The notes: generated from the sequence alone by a model not told the origin. Counted from the first letter of the stretch, positions 1-10,399 are shown. The stretch is DNA of 64,000 nt from Thermoanaerobaculia bacterium (GCA_963719225.1 CAVRAY010000002.1:384001-448000); one strand, 5' to 3'. Numbers and translations: made by a program.

Positions 1-688
1 AGAGGCCGAGAAAGACGGCCCCGGCGGCCGTCCGCGCAGAACGCGTGTAGCGGGTGTAGTCGCCGAACATGAGGAGCCACGAGACCTGATATCCCACGAC
101 GACGTCGAACCCGCGCGTGGCCGTCATCGACCCGTCCCCCGCCCGGGACAGGACGCCGTGCGGCAGCTCGAGGCAGCGGAACGTGAGAATCGCGCCGACG
201 ACGAGGAGGAGGGGCACGGCGACGCGGTCCGCGTGGCCGACGGCGCGCGGACCTCCCGCGACGATCGCCGTCGCGAGAACGCCCAGACAGAAAGCCCACA
301 CCAGCTCCGAACGGGGTCCGCCGAGGACGTGCGAGATTGCAGACGCCGCGATCACGTTGTTGACGGCGATCCACGCGAAGTTCGTGACGTAGAGGATCGA
401 GGAAACGAGCGCGGCGCCGCGAAGGCCGAGCGCGGCCCGGCAGGCGATGACGGACGGAACCCCGAGCCGCGGGCCCAGAGGCGCGAGCGCCGCGACGAGA
501 GCGGAGCCGAGAAGGGTCCCAAACGCGACGAGCAGGAGCGCGTCCCGAAGCGAGAAGGCGGGCACGAGGCTCGCTCCCGTCTGAAGCGTCGTCGCGACGA
601 TGTTCGCGCCCGCGAAGATGAGGAAGAGATCCAGCCCGGACTGGGACTTCTCCGAGTCGGGGACGGGACCGAGGTCGGCGGCCTGCAC
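1..688 (-). CDS. NCS1-family nucleobase/cytosine permease (CytX-like), runs off the window start
   Basis: Not in the ORF track; read from the minus strand starting at GTG 688: MQAADLGPVPDSEKSQSGLDLFLIFAGANIVATT...LGVPSVIACRAALGLRG...NFAWIAVN...GFDVVVGYQVSWLLMFGDYTRY. Multi-TM protein with an NCS1-like pattern. Confidence 0.8.
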   Translation of the reverse strand, partial: MQAADLGPVPDSEKSQSGLDLFLIFAGANIVATTLQTGASLVPAFSLRDALLLVAFGTLLGSALVAALAPLGPRLGVPSVIACRAALGLRGAALVSSILYVTNFAWIAVNNVIAASAISHVLGGPRSELVWAFCLGVLATAIVAGGPRAVGHADRVAVPLLLVVGAILTFRCLELPHGVLSRAGDGSMTATRGFDVVVGYQVSWLLMFGDYTRYTRSARTAAGAVFLGL

Positions 689-689
689 G

Positions 690-1337
690 TCAGGCGGCCC
701 GGATCCCGGGCACCGTCACGACACGCACGCCGTCCGGTGGATTCTCGACCGCCTGAGCGAGAGCCGCCGTCATCTGCGCGCGCGTCACGAGGCCGAGCCT
801 GAGCGCGCCCTCCCGGGTCGCGGGGAGGAGCTCCGCGATCGCATAGAGGGGCAGGAGGAGGTACGGCCAGCGGTGTCCGGGGCCGAGGACGTACCACGGT
901 CGCAGGATCGTCGCGGGAAGGCCCGTCGCGAGGAGAAGCGACTCGCCCTCGGCGCGCGCCTCCCAGTACGCCTTCATCGCGGGAGCGGGGTGCGCGACGC
1001 TCAGGTAGACGAAGTGCGCGACGCCCGCGGGGACGGCAGCCGAGAGCGCCGCCTTCAGCGACGCGAGGTCCACGTCGCGGAACTCCTTCGCCTTTTTCGG
1101 CGAGGGATGCGCGACGCCGACGAGGTGGACGAACGTCGCTCCTTTCGGCACGCGCGCGCGATACGTCTCCGCGTCGAGGGCGTCGCCCGTCACGGCCTCG
1201 GACCCCGTCGGGACTCTCGCTTCCGAGCCGCGCCTGACGAGAGCGAGAACGCGGTGGCCGCGCGCGAGGAGCCGTGGAATCAGGGCCCCTCCCAGGTAGC
1301 CGGTCGCGCCGGTCACGAAAACGGTCTTCTCGGTCAC
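690..1337 (-). CDS. NAD(P)-binding epimerase/atypical SDR (NDUFA9-like)
   Basis: VFVTGATGYLGG Rossmann motif, HFVYLS, TILRPWYVLGPG. Start trimmed to GTG 1337. Confidence 0.85.
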   Translation of the reverse strand: MTEKTVFVTGATGYLGGALIPRLLARGHRVLALVRRGSEARVPTGSEAVTGDALDAETYRARVPKGATFVHLVGVAHPSPKKAKEFRDVDLASLKAALSAAVPAGVAHFVYLSVAHPAPAMKAYWEARAEGESLLLATGLPATILRPWYVLGPGHRWPYLLLPLYAIAELLPATREGALRLGLVTRAQMTAALAQAVENPPDGVRVVTVPGIRAA

Positions 1338-1394
1338 GAGACGGGAAATCGTATCGCGGCGGCGTGACGGGGGAGCCGCCCTCCGCACGGAGCC

Positions 1395-1431
1395 CTCCGT
1401 CCCCGCGGCGTCGCCTTCGTCCCGAATCGGT
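1395..1431 (+). promoter_or_regulatory. Putative LytTR-type direct-repeat boxes upstream of TonB receptor 1
   Basis: CTCCGTCCC (1395) and CTTCGTCCC (1415), 20 bp apart. The 18-mer at 1414-1431 matches 5982-5999 at 16/18. Confidence 0.4.
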
Positions 1432-1476
1432 TTCGTCGATCCGGGGCGCTCCCTACCGTGAGGCGGGGGTGTCCGC

Positions 1477-4413
1477 ATGATTCGCGAAAAGCTCGATTCT
1501 CTCGGTCGAACGGTGTTGGGTGCGGCGCTGGGTCTCCTCCTCGGCGCGGGGGTGGCCACCGGCCAGGGCCTCCCCTCGGCGACGCTCACGGGGCACGTCA
1601 CGACGGGCGACACGTCGCTCCCGGGGGTGGCCGTGACGGTGAAATCTCCAGCGCTCCAGGGCAGCCGCTCCACCGTGACGACGTCGAACGGGGACTACGC
1701 GTTCAACAGCCTTCCGCCCGGCGACTACACGGTCACGTTCGAGCAGTCGTCGTTCCAGCCCGTCTCGCGCACCGTCCGCCTCGCGGGCGCACAGAAGGAA
1801 AGACTGGATGCGTCGCTGAGCGTCAACGCCGTCGCGGCCCAGGCCGAGGTCGTCGCGAAGGCGGAGACGATCTCGACCTCTTCCCAGGCGGCGACGACGT
1901 TCACGGGCGCGCAGCTCGACACGCTCCCCACCGGGCGCACGATCCTGTCGGCGCTGGCTCTCTCTCCCGGGGTAAACCAGAACGGGCCGAACGCCGCGTT
2001 CACGATCTCCGGCGCCCAGTCGTTCGACAACCAGTTCTCCGTCAACGGCGCCGTCGTCAACGACAACATCCGCGGCACGCCATACAACCTCTTCATCGAG
2101 GACGCGATCCAGGAGACGACGATCTCGTCGGCCGGCATCTCCGCGGAGTTCGGCCGGTTCACGGGCGGCGTCGTGAACACGATCACGAAGTCGGGCGGCA
2201 ACGCCTTCAGCGGGTCCTTCCGGACGACGTTCAACGACGACGCCTGGTCCGCGATCACGCCGGCGAACGAGCAGCGCGTCCAGTCGGTCGTGCCGACGTA
2301 CGAGGCCACGATCGGCGGCCCGATCTGGAAGGACCGCGTCTGGTTCTTCGGAGCCGGCCGGCTGAACGACCAGAAAGGGAGCAACCAGACGGCGTTCACG
2401 AACATCTCGTATCCGACGGAGAACGACGAGAAAAGGTACGAAGGAAAGCTCACGCTGACACCGTTCTCGAGCCAGACGCTCACGGCGTCGTACCTTGCCA
2501 TTCAGCAGGACCTCAAGAACGACTACTTCACCTCCCACCCGATCCTCGACCTCGACAGCCTCAAGAACCGCAGCCTGCCGCAGGACTTCCTCGTCCTGAA
2601 TTACAGCGGCCTGGTCGGGAGCAGCCTCTCTCTCGAAGGGCAGTACTCGCAGCGGCACTTCACGTTCGAGAACGACGGTTCGCTCTTCACGGACCTCGCG
2701 AAAGGCACCGTCCTGATCGACGAGTCGACGGGCGGTTACTACAACTCGCCCTACTTCTGCGGAGTCTGCAGCAACGAGAAGCGCGACAACCAGGACTTCT
2801 TCGCGAAGGGCACGTGGTTCCTCTCGACGCCGGGGCTCGGGTCCCACAACATCGTCGTCGGCTACGACAACTTCACGGGCAAGGAGCTCCTGAACAACTA
2901 CCAGTCGGGCAGCAACTACGTCGTGGGCTCCACGGCGGCCATCGCGCGAAACGGCGATCTCTTTCCGGTCTTCGACTCCTCGAGCTACATCGTCTACTTC
3001 CCGATCACCCAGCAGAGCTCGGGGAGCGACATCCGGACGCACTCCGTCTTTCTCAACGACTCGTGGCGGATGGGCGACCGCCTCGCCTTCAATCTCGGCG
3101 TGCGCTGGGACAAGAACGCGGCCAAGGACGGCGCCGGCGTGACCCGCGCCTCGGACAGCGCCTTCAGCCCGCGACTCGGCGCGACGTGGGACACCCGGGG
3201 CGACGGAAAGCTGCGTGTGGCGGCGAGCTACGCGAAGTACGTCGGAGCGATCCAGGAGACGCAGGTCAGCTCCGCCACGCAGGCCGGAACGCCCCTCATC
3301 CTCTACTGGTACTACGACGGCCCGGGCGCCACGCCGATCAACGCGGATCCGAACGGCACGCTCCTGACCCGTGCGCAGGCGCTCACCCAGCTCTTCAACT
3401 GGTTCCAGGGCCAGGGCTGCCCGAACCTCACGACGTGCGAGGTGCCGCTCGGTGGCGCGCAGGTCCCCGGCGTGAACCAGCAGATCCGGGGGAGCCTCGA
3501 CTCGCCGCACGCGAACGAATACTCCGTCGGGATCCAGGGGGCCTTCGGCGCGCGCGCCTCGTACCGGATCGACGCCGTCCGCCGCGAGTTCCACGACTTC
3601 TACAGCCTCAGGCTGGACCAGGGGACGGGCCAGGTGACGGACCAGTTCGGCAACGTCTTCGACCTCCAGCTGACGCAGAACACGAACGACCTCGAGCGGA
3701 ACTACACGGCACTGCAGACGCAGGTCCAGGTCCAGCCCTTCCGTCAGTTGTCGCTCGGCGCGAGCTGGACGTGGTCCCACACGCTCGGGAACTTCAACGG
3801 CGAGACCGCGGGGTCGGGCGCGGTCCGGGGCCTTCCCGACTTCTATCCGGAATACTCGCAGGCGAGCTGGGGCCTCCCCCGGGGCGACCTCGCGACCGAT
3901 CAGCGCCACCGCGTCCGCGCGTTCGCGAGCTATGCCGTGCCGATTCCGTCGAAGTGGGGGACGCTCTCCGTGGGCGTCGTCCAGGCGTACGACACCGGGA
4001 CGCCCTACGGCGCGGCCGGGGCCGCTGTCGTCTCGCCCTACGTGACGAATCCCGGCTACGAGACGCCGCCGCGCACGTCGACGTATTACTTCACGGCGCG
4101 CGACGCCTTCCGGACGGACAACATCTCGCGCACCGACCTCTCCGTGAACTTCGGGTTCCGCATCGCGGACGCGGTGGAAGTCTTCGTGCACCCGCAGGTT
4201 TTCAATGTCTTCAACAACCAGGGAGCCGTCGCCGTCAACACGACCGTCCTCTCGGCCGCGAACGCCGCGGGCTTCACGCGTTTCGACCCGTTCACGACGC
4301 AGCCCGTCCGGGGCGTGAACTGGGACTACGGCTCGAGCTTCGGGAAGGCCCGGAACGCCGCGGATTACCAGACGCCGCGCTTTTTCCTGGTCTCGGTCGG
4401 CGCGCGGTTTTAG
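1477..4413 (+). CDS. TonB-dependent receptor, Oar-like, with N-terminal carboxypeptidase-regulatory-like domain
   Basis: Signal peptide, LPPGDYTVTF, SAEFGRFTGGVVNTITKSGGN plug motif, NLGVRWD, terminal aromatic residue (GARF). Confidence 0.93.
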   Translation: MIREKLDSLGRTVLGAALGLLLGAGVATGQGLPSATLTGHVTTGDTSLPGVAVTVKSPALQGSRSTVTTSNGDYAFNSLPPGDYTVTFEQSSFQPVSRTVRLAGAQKERLDASLSVNAVAAQAEVVAKAETISTSSQAATTFTGAQLDTLPTGRTILSALALSPGVNQNGPNAAFTISGAQSFDNQFSVNGAVVNDNIRGTPYNLFIEDAIQETTISSAGISAEFGRFTGGVVNTITKSGGNAFSGSFRTTFNDDAWSAITPANEQRVQSVVPTYEATIGGPIWKDRVWFFGAGRLNDQKGSNQTAFTNISYPTENDEKRYEGKLTLTPFSSQTLTASYLAIQQDLKNDYFTSHPILDLDSLKNRSLPQDFLVLNYSGLVGSSLSLEGQYSQRHFTFENDGSLFTDLAKGTVLIDESTGGYYNSPYFCGVCSNEKRDNQDFFAKGTWFLSTPGLGSHNIVVGYDNFTGKELLNNYQSGSNYVVGSTAAIARNGDLFPVFDSSSYIVYFPITQQSSGSDIRTHSVFLNDSWRMGDRLAFNLGVRWDKNAAKDGAGVTRASDSAFSPRLGATWDTRGDGKLRVAASYAKYVGAIQETQVSSATQAGTPLILYWYYDGPGATPINADPNGTLLTRAQALTQLFNWFQGQGCPNLTTCEVPLGGAQVPGVNQQIRGSLDSPHANEYSVGIQGAFGARASYRIDAVRREFHDFYSLRLDQGTGQVTDQFGNVFDLQLTQNTNDLERNYTALQTQVQVQPFRQLSLGASWTWSHTLGNFNGETAGSGAVRGLPDFYPEYSQASWGLPRGDLATDQRHRVRAFASYAVPIPSKWGTLSVGVVQAYDTGTPYGAAGAAVVSPYVTNPGYETPPRTSTYYFTARDAFRTDNISRTDLSVNFGFRIADAVEVFVHPQVFNVFNNQGAVAVNTTVLSAANAAGFTRFDPFTTQPVRGVNWDYGSSFGKARNAADYQTPRFFLVSVGARF

Positions 4414-5444
4414 GACGAGGGACGGGTTTCTCGCGCGCCGCCCGCGTGGCGCGCGAGAAACTCGACGGCGCGCTCCTCGCCCCAGGAAACGGGCCGCAGC
4501 CCGTTCGCGGCGATCCAGCCGGCGTGGCCGCCTTGGGCCGTGACGAGAAACGCGACGGCGGGCGACGCCGTGCTCCGCGCCCGCTCGACCGTTTCGGCGG
4601 GCACGAAGGGATCGTCGAGCGCCGAGAGGCAGAGCGTCGGCACCGTGATCCGCGAGAGAAGAGGGAGCGAGCTGGAACGCGCGTAGTAGTCGTCCGCCGA
4701 GGTGAAGCCGTGGAGAGGAGCCGTGGCGGCGTCGTCGAACTCGCGAAACGTGAACGCGCGCCGCGCGCGCGGAAGGTCGATCCGCAGGGCCGCCTCCGGA
4801 AACCGCCCGACGAGATTTTCGGCCTTCGCCGTCAGAGTCTTCACGAAGACGCGCACGTAGAGGTTCGACGGGAAAGGCGTCATGTACCGGTCGCCCGCCG
4901 CGAGGTCGAAGGGCACCGAGAGCGTCGCCGCGGCGGCCACGGTGGGATTGCCGGGGTTCTCGCCGAGCCATTTCAGGAGCACGTTTCCGCCGAGCGAGAC
5001 GCCCGCGCACAGGAGCGGCTGTCCGTGTCGCGCCGCCAGCGTCCGGGCTACGAAGTCGAAGTCGGACGTCTCGCCGGAATGGTAGAGGCGCGGTCGCTCG
5101 TTCGGAATGCAGCGGTCGAGGTCGAGAGGGTCGCGCGCGCAAAAGCGGAAGTTGAGGACGGCCGCACGCAGCCCGGCGCGCGCCGCGAGAGCGAGGAGCC
5201 CCTGCGCGTAGACGGAGTTCGAGCTGCCCTCGAGACCGTGTAGCACGAGGAGAAAGGGAGCGTCTTCGGAGGCGGGGGCGTCGAGGTGATCGAGGAAGAG
5301 CGTGTCGCCGTCCGGAGCGGTCAGCGCCTCGCGGCGCATCGCCACCTGTCTCTTCGAGCGCGCGAAGCGTCCCCAGACCGTCTGGGCATGGCGGCCGCGC
5401 AACCAGCCTGCGGGCGCGAAGCCCGTATGGATCTCGCCGTTCAT
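4410..5444 (-). CDS. YheT-family alpha/beta hydrolase
   Basis: HAQTVW, LHGLEGSS, YHSGET, GVSLGG nucleophile elbow, FDDAATAPLHGF, DDPF, GGHAG. Confidence 0.92.
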   Translation of the reverse strand: MNGEIHTGFAPAGWLRGRHAQTVWGRFARSKRQVAMRREALTAPDGDTLFLDHLDAPASEDAPFLLVLHGLEGSSNSVYAQGLLALAARAGLRAAVLNFRFCARDPLDLDRCIPNERPRLYHSGETSDFDFVARTLAARHGQPLLCAGVSLGGNVLLKWLGENPGNPTVAAAATLSVPFDLAAGDRYMTPFPSNLYVRVFVKTLTAKAENLVGRFPEAALRIDLPRARRAFTFREFDDAATAPLHGFTSADDYYARSSSLPLLSRITVPTLCLSALDDPFVPAETVERARSTASPAVAFLVTAQGGHAGWIAANGLRPVSWGEERAVEFLARHAGGARETRPSS

Positions 5445-5527
5445 TTTTTCGGCTTTGGTCCCTTCGAAAGCGGCGCTCGTCCCAGGAGACGTTCGACGCG
5501 CCTCTGGGCATTCTATTGTCCGGCGGG

Positions 5528-5905
5528 ATGGCGAGGGCCGAAATCGACTTCGATCGACGGCGCTTCCGGACGGTGAGGAACTCGGAGGCCGGCGAGTGCT
5601 CCTCCGAGACGGTCTTCCGCTACCGGCAGAAAGGCAACGTCGTCTGGGCTACGTACCGAGGCGGAGACGTGACCTACGGAACGCTCCTGGCCCGCGTGGA
5701 CGGCGACGGGCGGCTCGACGTGGTCTATCAGCACCTCAACAAGAACGGCGATTTCCGGTCGGGCCGCGCCCGCGCGCGGACGGAGGTTCTGCCGGACGGC
5801 CGGTACCGCCTTCACGAGCGCTGGGAGTGGACCGCGGGCGCGGCCGGCTCCGGCCGCTCGGTCACGGAAGAAGTGCCGCGCAGGCGCGGCGCGCCCGCCG
5901 GCTGA
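5528..5905 (+). CDS. Small conserved beta-rich protein (family often loosely labelled 'N-acetylglutamate synthase'; function unknown)
   Basis: NSEAGE..SETVFRYRQ.G..VWATY.GG.V..G.L...YQHLN..G...LPDGRYRLHERWEW pattern; codon bias typical of the window. Confidence 0.7.
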   Translation: MARAEIDFDRRRFRTVRNSEAGECSSETVFRYRQKGNVVWATYRGGDVTYGTLLARVDGDGRLDVVYQHLNKNGDFRSGRARARTEVLPDGRYRLHERWEWTAGAAGSGRSVTEEVPRRRGAPAG

Positions 5906-6093
5906 CGCTCCGGAAATCCGGAACGCCCTCGCGCCGAAGCCCTCGATCCCGGCTTCCCCGGCTCTTGGCACGCGCGAAAGACCTCCGTCCCGAACCGGTC
6001 GCGCTTTCCTTCGCTGGGCCGCAGCTTCTTCCGATCACACCGCGGCCGTTCCGCCATGCGGAGCGAGACGCGCGTGTCAAGGAGGAAGAATAG

Positions 6094-9057
6094 ATGCGCC
6101 GATTCCTGGTTCCTCTCTCTCTCTCTCTGCTCCTTCTCGGCGCGCTCGGGGCCTTCGCCCAGGGCGTCACGAACGCGACTCTGCGCGGTCGCGTGACGAA
6201 CGAAGGGCAGGGCCTTCCCGGTGTCGTCGTCTCGATCAAGTCCCCGGCCCTGCAAGGGACCCGCGCGGCCCCGACGTCGGCGAACGGCGACTTCGTCTTT
6301 CCGGGCCTGCCGCCGGGCGAGTACACGGTCACCTTCACGCTGCAGGGCTTCAAGACCGAGGCGCGGACGGTGCCCCTGACGGTCGGGCAGGAGGCGCGGC
6401 TCGACGCGGTCCTGAGCCTCGCGGGCGTCGAGGCCGCCGCCACGGTCGTCGCGAAGTCCGAGACCGTCTCGACGTCGACGCCGCAGGCGGCCCAGACGTT
6501 CACGAAAGAGCTCACGGACGCGCTGCCGGTCACGCGCTCGCTGCTTTCGTCCGTCGCGCTCTCGGCGGGCGTGAACACGAACGGCCCCGGCTCGAGCGAC
6601 CGCATCGGGAACGGCGTGGCGCCCGTCGTCACGATCTCGGGCGGACAGTCCTTCGACAACCTCTTCACGGTGGACGGCGCCGTCGTGACGGACAACGTCC
6701 GCGGCACGCCGAACAACCTCTTCATCGAAGACGCGATCGCCGAGACGACGACGTCGACGTCCACCGTCTCAGCCGAGTTCGGACGCTTCACGGGCGGCGT
6801 CGTGAACACCGTGACGAAGTCCGGAGGAAACAGCTTCAGCGGCTCGTTCCGGACGACCTTCACGAACGCGGCCTGGTCCGCGACGACGCCCGCGAACGAG
6901 GCGACCCCGCAAAAGCTGAATCCGCAATACGAAGCCACCCTCGGCGGGCCGATCTGGAAAGACCACGTCTGGTTCTTCGGCTCCGGCCGCTACTTCGACC
7001 AGACGGCTTCGGGCCAGACGACCTTCACGAACATCTCGTACCCGGTCGGCGACACGGAGAAGCGCTACCAGGGGAAGCTCACGCTGACGCCGGTTGCGAA
7101 CCACACGATCTCGGGGAACTACCTTCACGTCGACGAGGAGCAGACGAACTCGTCCTTCTGCCCCACGGGCTGTCTCGACCTCGACAGCCTCGTTCCGGCG
7201 CGCCAGCTTCCGCAGGAGATCCTGACCGTCAACTACAACGGCGTCCTCTCGAACTCGTTCTTCGTCGAAGGCCTCTATTCGCGCCGGAAGTTCACGTTCG
7301 AGAACGCGGGCTCCCCGTACACGGACCTCATCAAGGGAACGATCATCCGCGACCTCTCGCGCAGCCGGGCGCGATACAACTCGCCGACATTCTGCGGCGT
7401 CTGCGATCCCGAGTCCCGCGACAACCGGGACTACCTGGTCAAGGGCACGTGGTTCCTCTCCACGGGCTCCCTCGGCTCCCACAACATCGTCTCGGGCTAC
7501 GACAACTTCTCGGGCCAGAGGAAGGCGAACAACTACCAGTCCGGGAGCAACTACCGTCTCTTCGTGACGAACACGCTCATCACGAACAACGATCTCTTCC
7601 CGGTCGTCGACTCGCACTCCTACGTCTACTACACGCCGATCTTCAACCTGAGCAAGGGGACGGACGCGCTCACGCACTCCGTCTTCGTGAACGACTCCTG
7701 GCGACTGAACGACCGGCTTTCGGTGAACCTCGGCGTCCGCTGGGACAAGAACCACGCCAAGGACTCGAACGGGGTCGTTCGCGCGGACGACAGCGCGTTC
7801 AGCCCGCGGCTCGCGGCCGCGTGGGACGTCTCGGGCAAGGGGACGCTCCGCGTGGGGGCGAGCTATGCGAAGTACGTCGGCGCGATCCAGGACAGCCTCG
7901 TGGACTCCTCGTCCGACGGCGGCTCGCCCGCGCTCTTCATCTGGTACTACGACGGCCCGGGTGCGACCCCGATCAACGTGAACCCGGCTCCCGGCGCGCC
8001 CCTCGTGACGCGCGCGCAGGCCCTCCAGCAGGTATTCGACTGGTTTTTCTCCCAGGGCTGCCCGACCCTCTCGACCTGCAAGCTGCCGCTCGCGTACGCG
8101 AGCGTCCCCGGCCTCTCGACGAAGATCCTGAGCTCGCTGGACTCGCCCTCGACGATCGAATACGCGGCGACGGTGGCGGGGAACGTCGGTTCGTCCCTGG
8201 CCTATCGCGTCGACGTCGTGAGGCGCGAGGGCCGGGATTTCTACAACAACGTGATCAACGGCTCGACCGGGACCGGCGCCGACGAGTTCGGCAATCAGTT
8301 CGACATCGGCTTCATCAACAACTCCAACAGCGTGAAGCGGAACTACACAGGCCTTCACACGAGCCTCTCGTACCGCAGCGGATCCTTCAACGGCGGAATA
8401 AACTGGACGTGGTCCCACACGCTCGGAAACCTGAACGGCGAGACGGCGGCCTCCGGGCCCGTGCCGAACACGACCGAGGCGTACCCCGAGTTCAAGGATC
8501 CGGCCTGGAACAACCCCTACGGGTCCCTCGCGACGGACGAACGGCACCGCGTGAAGCTCTTCGCGTCGTACACCGTGCCGCTCCTGCCGGCGCGCCTCGG
8601 GTCGCTCAACGTCGCCCTCGTCCAATCGGTCGACAGCGGCATCCCGTACGGAGCCGTCGGGCTCGTGGATTCGCGGAGCTACGTGACGGGCGCTCCGAAC
8701 TACATCACCCCGCCGACCTCGGTGAACTACTACTTCACGGGCCGCGATGCGTTCCGGACGGACACGATCTACCGGACCGACCTCGCCCTGACCTTGACGA
8801 CCCGGATCGCCGGCTTGGTCGAGGTCTTCGTCCAGCCGCAGGTTCTGAACGCCCTGAACCGCCACGGTCTCGTCGGCGTTTCGACGGCGGTGCGGACGGC
8901 CGTGAATTCATCCGCCTACCAGAGGTTCAACCCGTTCACGACCGTGCCGGTCCAGGGAACGAACTGGGACTACAGCCCGACGTTCGGACACGCGCGCAAC
9001 AACCTCGACTACCAGCTCCCGCGGACGTTCACGATCGCCGCCGGCCTCCGCTTCTGA
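6094..9057 (+). CDS. TonB-dependent receptor, Oar-like; paralog of 1477-4413
   Basis: AAGGAGG RBS, signal peptide, SAEFGRFTGGVVNTVTKSGGN, FCGVC and WYYDGPGATPIN blocks shared with receptor 1, C-terminal GLRF. Confidence 0.93.
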   Translation: MRRFLVPLSLSLLLLGALGAFAQGVTNATLRGRVTNEGQGLPGVVVSIKSPALQGTRAAPTSANGDFVFPGLPPGEYTVTFTLQGFKTEARTVPLTVGQEARLDAVLSLAGVEAAATVVAKSETVSTSTPQAAQTFTKELTDALPVTRSLLSSVALSAGVNTNGPGSSDRIGNGVAPVVTISGGQSFDNLFTVDGAVVTDNVRGTPNNLFIEDAIAETTTSTSTVSAEFGRFTGGVVNTVTKSGGNSFSGSFRTTFTNAAWSATTPANEATPQKLNPQYEATLGGPIWKDHVWFFGSGRYFDQTASGQTTFTNISYPVGDTEKRYQGKLTLTPVANHTISGNYLHVDEEQTNSSFCPTGCLDLDSLVPARQLPQEILTVNYNGVLSNSFFVEGLYSRRKFTFENAGSPYTDLIKGTIIRDLSRSRARYNSPTFCGVCDPESRDNRDYLVKGTWFLSTGSLGSHNIVSGYDNFSGQRKANNYQSGSNYRLFVTNTLITNNDLFPVVDSHSYVYYTPIFNLSKGTDALTHSVFVNDSWRLNDRLSVNLGVRWDKNHAKDSNGVVRADDSAFSPRLAAAWDVSGKGTLRVGASYAKYVGAIQDSLVDSSSDGGSPALFIWYYDGPGATPINVNPAPGAPLVTRAQALQQVFDWFFSQGCPTLSTCKLPLAYASVPGLSTKILSSLDSPSTIEYAATVAGNVGSSLAYRVDVVRREGRDFYNNVINGSTGTGADEFGNQFDIGFINNSNSVKRNYTGLHTSLSYRSGSFNGGINWTWSHTLGNLNGETAASGPVPNTTEAYPEFKDPAWNNPYGSLATDERHRVKLFASYTVPLLPARLGSLNVALVQSVDSGIPYGAVGLVDSRSYVTGAPNYITPPTSVNYYFTGRDAFRTDTIYRTDLALTLTTRIAGLVEVFVQPQVLNALNRHGLVGVSTAVRTAVNSSAYQRFNPFTTVPVQGTNWDYSPTFGHARNNLDYQLPRTFTIAAGLRF

Positions 9058-9077
9058 CGGCCGCCGCTCCGAGGACC

Positions 9078-9110
9078 AGGCCCCGGCCCGTGCCGGGGCC
9101 TTTTCCTTTT
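9078..9110 (+). terminator. Rho-independent terminator
   Basis: AGGCCCCGGC-CCGT-GCCGGGGCCT followed by TTTCCTTTT, just after the receptor stop. Confidence 0.8.
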
Positions 9111-9148
9111 CCGGCAACCCCGTCCCCGCCCCGGCCGTATCCAGCCCG

Positions 9149-10339
9149 ATGGAACGTGTCTTCATCCCGTTCATGAGGGCCCTCATCCCGCGGTGGACGC
9201 AGCCCGGACTCCCAGAGCCGAAGATCGGCGATGAGCCCTTCGTGAAGACGTTCTGGACGAGGACCTCGGCGAACGTCGCGGCATGGACCGTGGCCGGCTT
9301 CTTCTTCGCGAGCCAGCTCTACTTCCTCTACCCCATCGCGTCCGGCCGCGAGATGTCGTTCTCGCGCGCGCTCCTCATCAACCTGCCGTTCTACTACCTC
9401 TGGGCGCTCGTGACGCCCGCGATTCTCGGCGTCGCGCGACGCTTCCCGATCGAGCGGACGGGCTGGAAGAAACCCCTCCTCATCCACCTCGCCGCGTCGA
9501 TGATCCTCTCGGCCGTGCAGCTCTTCCTCGCCGGCGCCGTTCTGCACGCCCTCGGCGGCGCGGCGCTGAGCCGCGCGGACTCCTTCTGGACGACGCTCGC
9601 GCAGTTCTTCCGGCTGAACTTCCACGCGAACGTCCTCACGTACTGGGCGCTCGTGGGTCTCGCCTGGGGGACCGACACCTACGCGAAGTACCGCGACCGC
9701 GAGCTCGCCGCGTCCCGGCTCCAGACGCAGCTCGCGCAGGCCGAGCTCTCCGCCCTCAAGATGCAGCTGCAGCCCCACTTCCTGTTCAACACGCTCAACG
9801 CCATCGCGGCGCTGTTGAAGACGAAGCCCGACGCGGCCGAGGGCATGATCCTGCAGCTCTCGGAGTTTCTGCGCGTGACGCTGAACAACACGGGCCGGCC
9901 CGACGTCACGCTGCGCGAGGAGCTCGAGTTCCTCGAGCGCTACCTCGCGATCGAGAAGACGCGCTTCCAGGACCGCCTCTCCACGCGTTTCAGGATCCGG
10001 ACCGAAGTCCTCGACGTGCGCGTCCCAAACCTCCTCCTGCAGCCTCTCGTCGAGAACGCCATCCGGCACGGGATCGCGAAGGACCGCCGCGCGGGACGCC
10101 TCGAGGTGAGCGCGACGCACGACCAGGGACGTCTGCTCCTGCGGGTGACGGACGATGGTCCGGGGGCGCCGCCCGGGCGCGTCATCGAGGGGATCGGCCT
10201 GACGAACACGCGCGAGCGCCTGCGACACCTTTACGGGGACGCGTACTCCCTCGAATACGGGAACGCTCCCGGCGGAGGGTTTCGCGTCTCTCTCTCCCTG
10301 CCGCTCGTGTCCCCCGAAAGCGATTCATCGTCCCCGTGA
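9149..10339 (+). CDS. LytS/YehU-family sensor histidine kinase (start may be ATG 9173)
   Basis: TM region, ELSALKMQLQPHFLFNTLN H-box, LQPLVENAIRHG, DDGPG, GIGLTNTRERL. Confidence 0.93.
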   Translation: MERVFIPFMRALIPRWTQPGLPEPKIGDEPFVKTFWTRTSANVAAWTVAGFFFASQLYFLYPIASGREMSFSRALLINLPFYYLWALVTPAILGVARRFPIERTGWKKPLLIHLAASMILSAVQLFLAGAVLHALGGAALSRADSFWTTLAQFFRLNFHANVLTYWALVGLAWGTDTYAKYRDRELAASRLQTQLAQAELSALKMQLQPHFLFNTLNAIAALLKTKPDAAEGMILQLSEFLRVTLNNTGRPDVTLREELEFLERYLAIEKTRFQDRLSTRFRIRTEVLDVRVPNLLLQPLVENAIRHGIAKDRRAGRLEVSATHDQGRLLLRVTDDGPGAPPGRVIEGIGLTNTRERLRHLYGDAYSLEYGNAPGGGFRVSLSLPLVSPESDSSSP

Positions 10340-10356
10340 ATCGGCGGACCGTCCCG
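10326..10356 (+). promoter_or_regulatory. Putative LytTR boxes upstream of the JAB-like gene
   Basis: CATCGTCCCC (10326) and GACCGTCCCG (10347), exactly 21 bp apart. Confidence 0.4.
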
Positions 10357-10399
10357 CGAGACGCGACGCGCGCGCGTTCCGGGCCGAGATTGAGTCGCG

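Noticed and set aside
1453-5511. 1352-aa minus-strand ORF, and similar giant ORFs (1458-5243, 17357-20638, 20574-25307, 43840-47007, 57311-60598)
   Set aside because: Arg/Gly/Pro-rich antisense or off-frame shadows of real genes, expected in high-GC DNA; no motifs.
5965-5980. TTGGCACG upstream of receptor 2 as a sigma54 promoter
   Set aside because: No GC at the -12 position.
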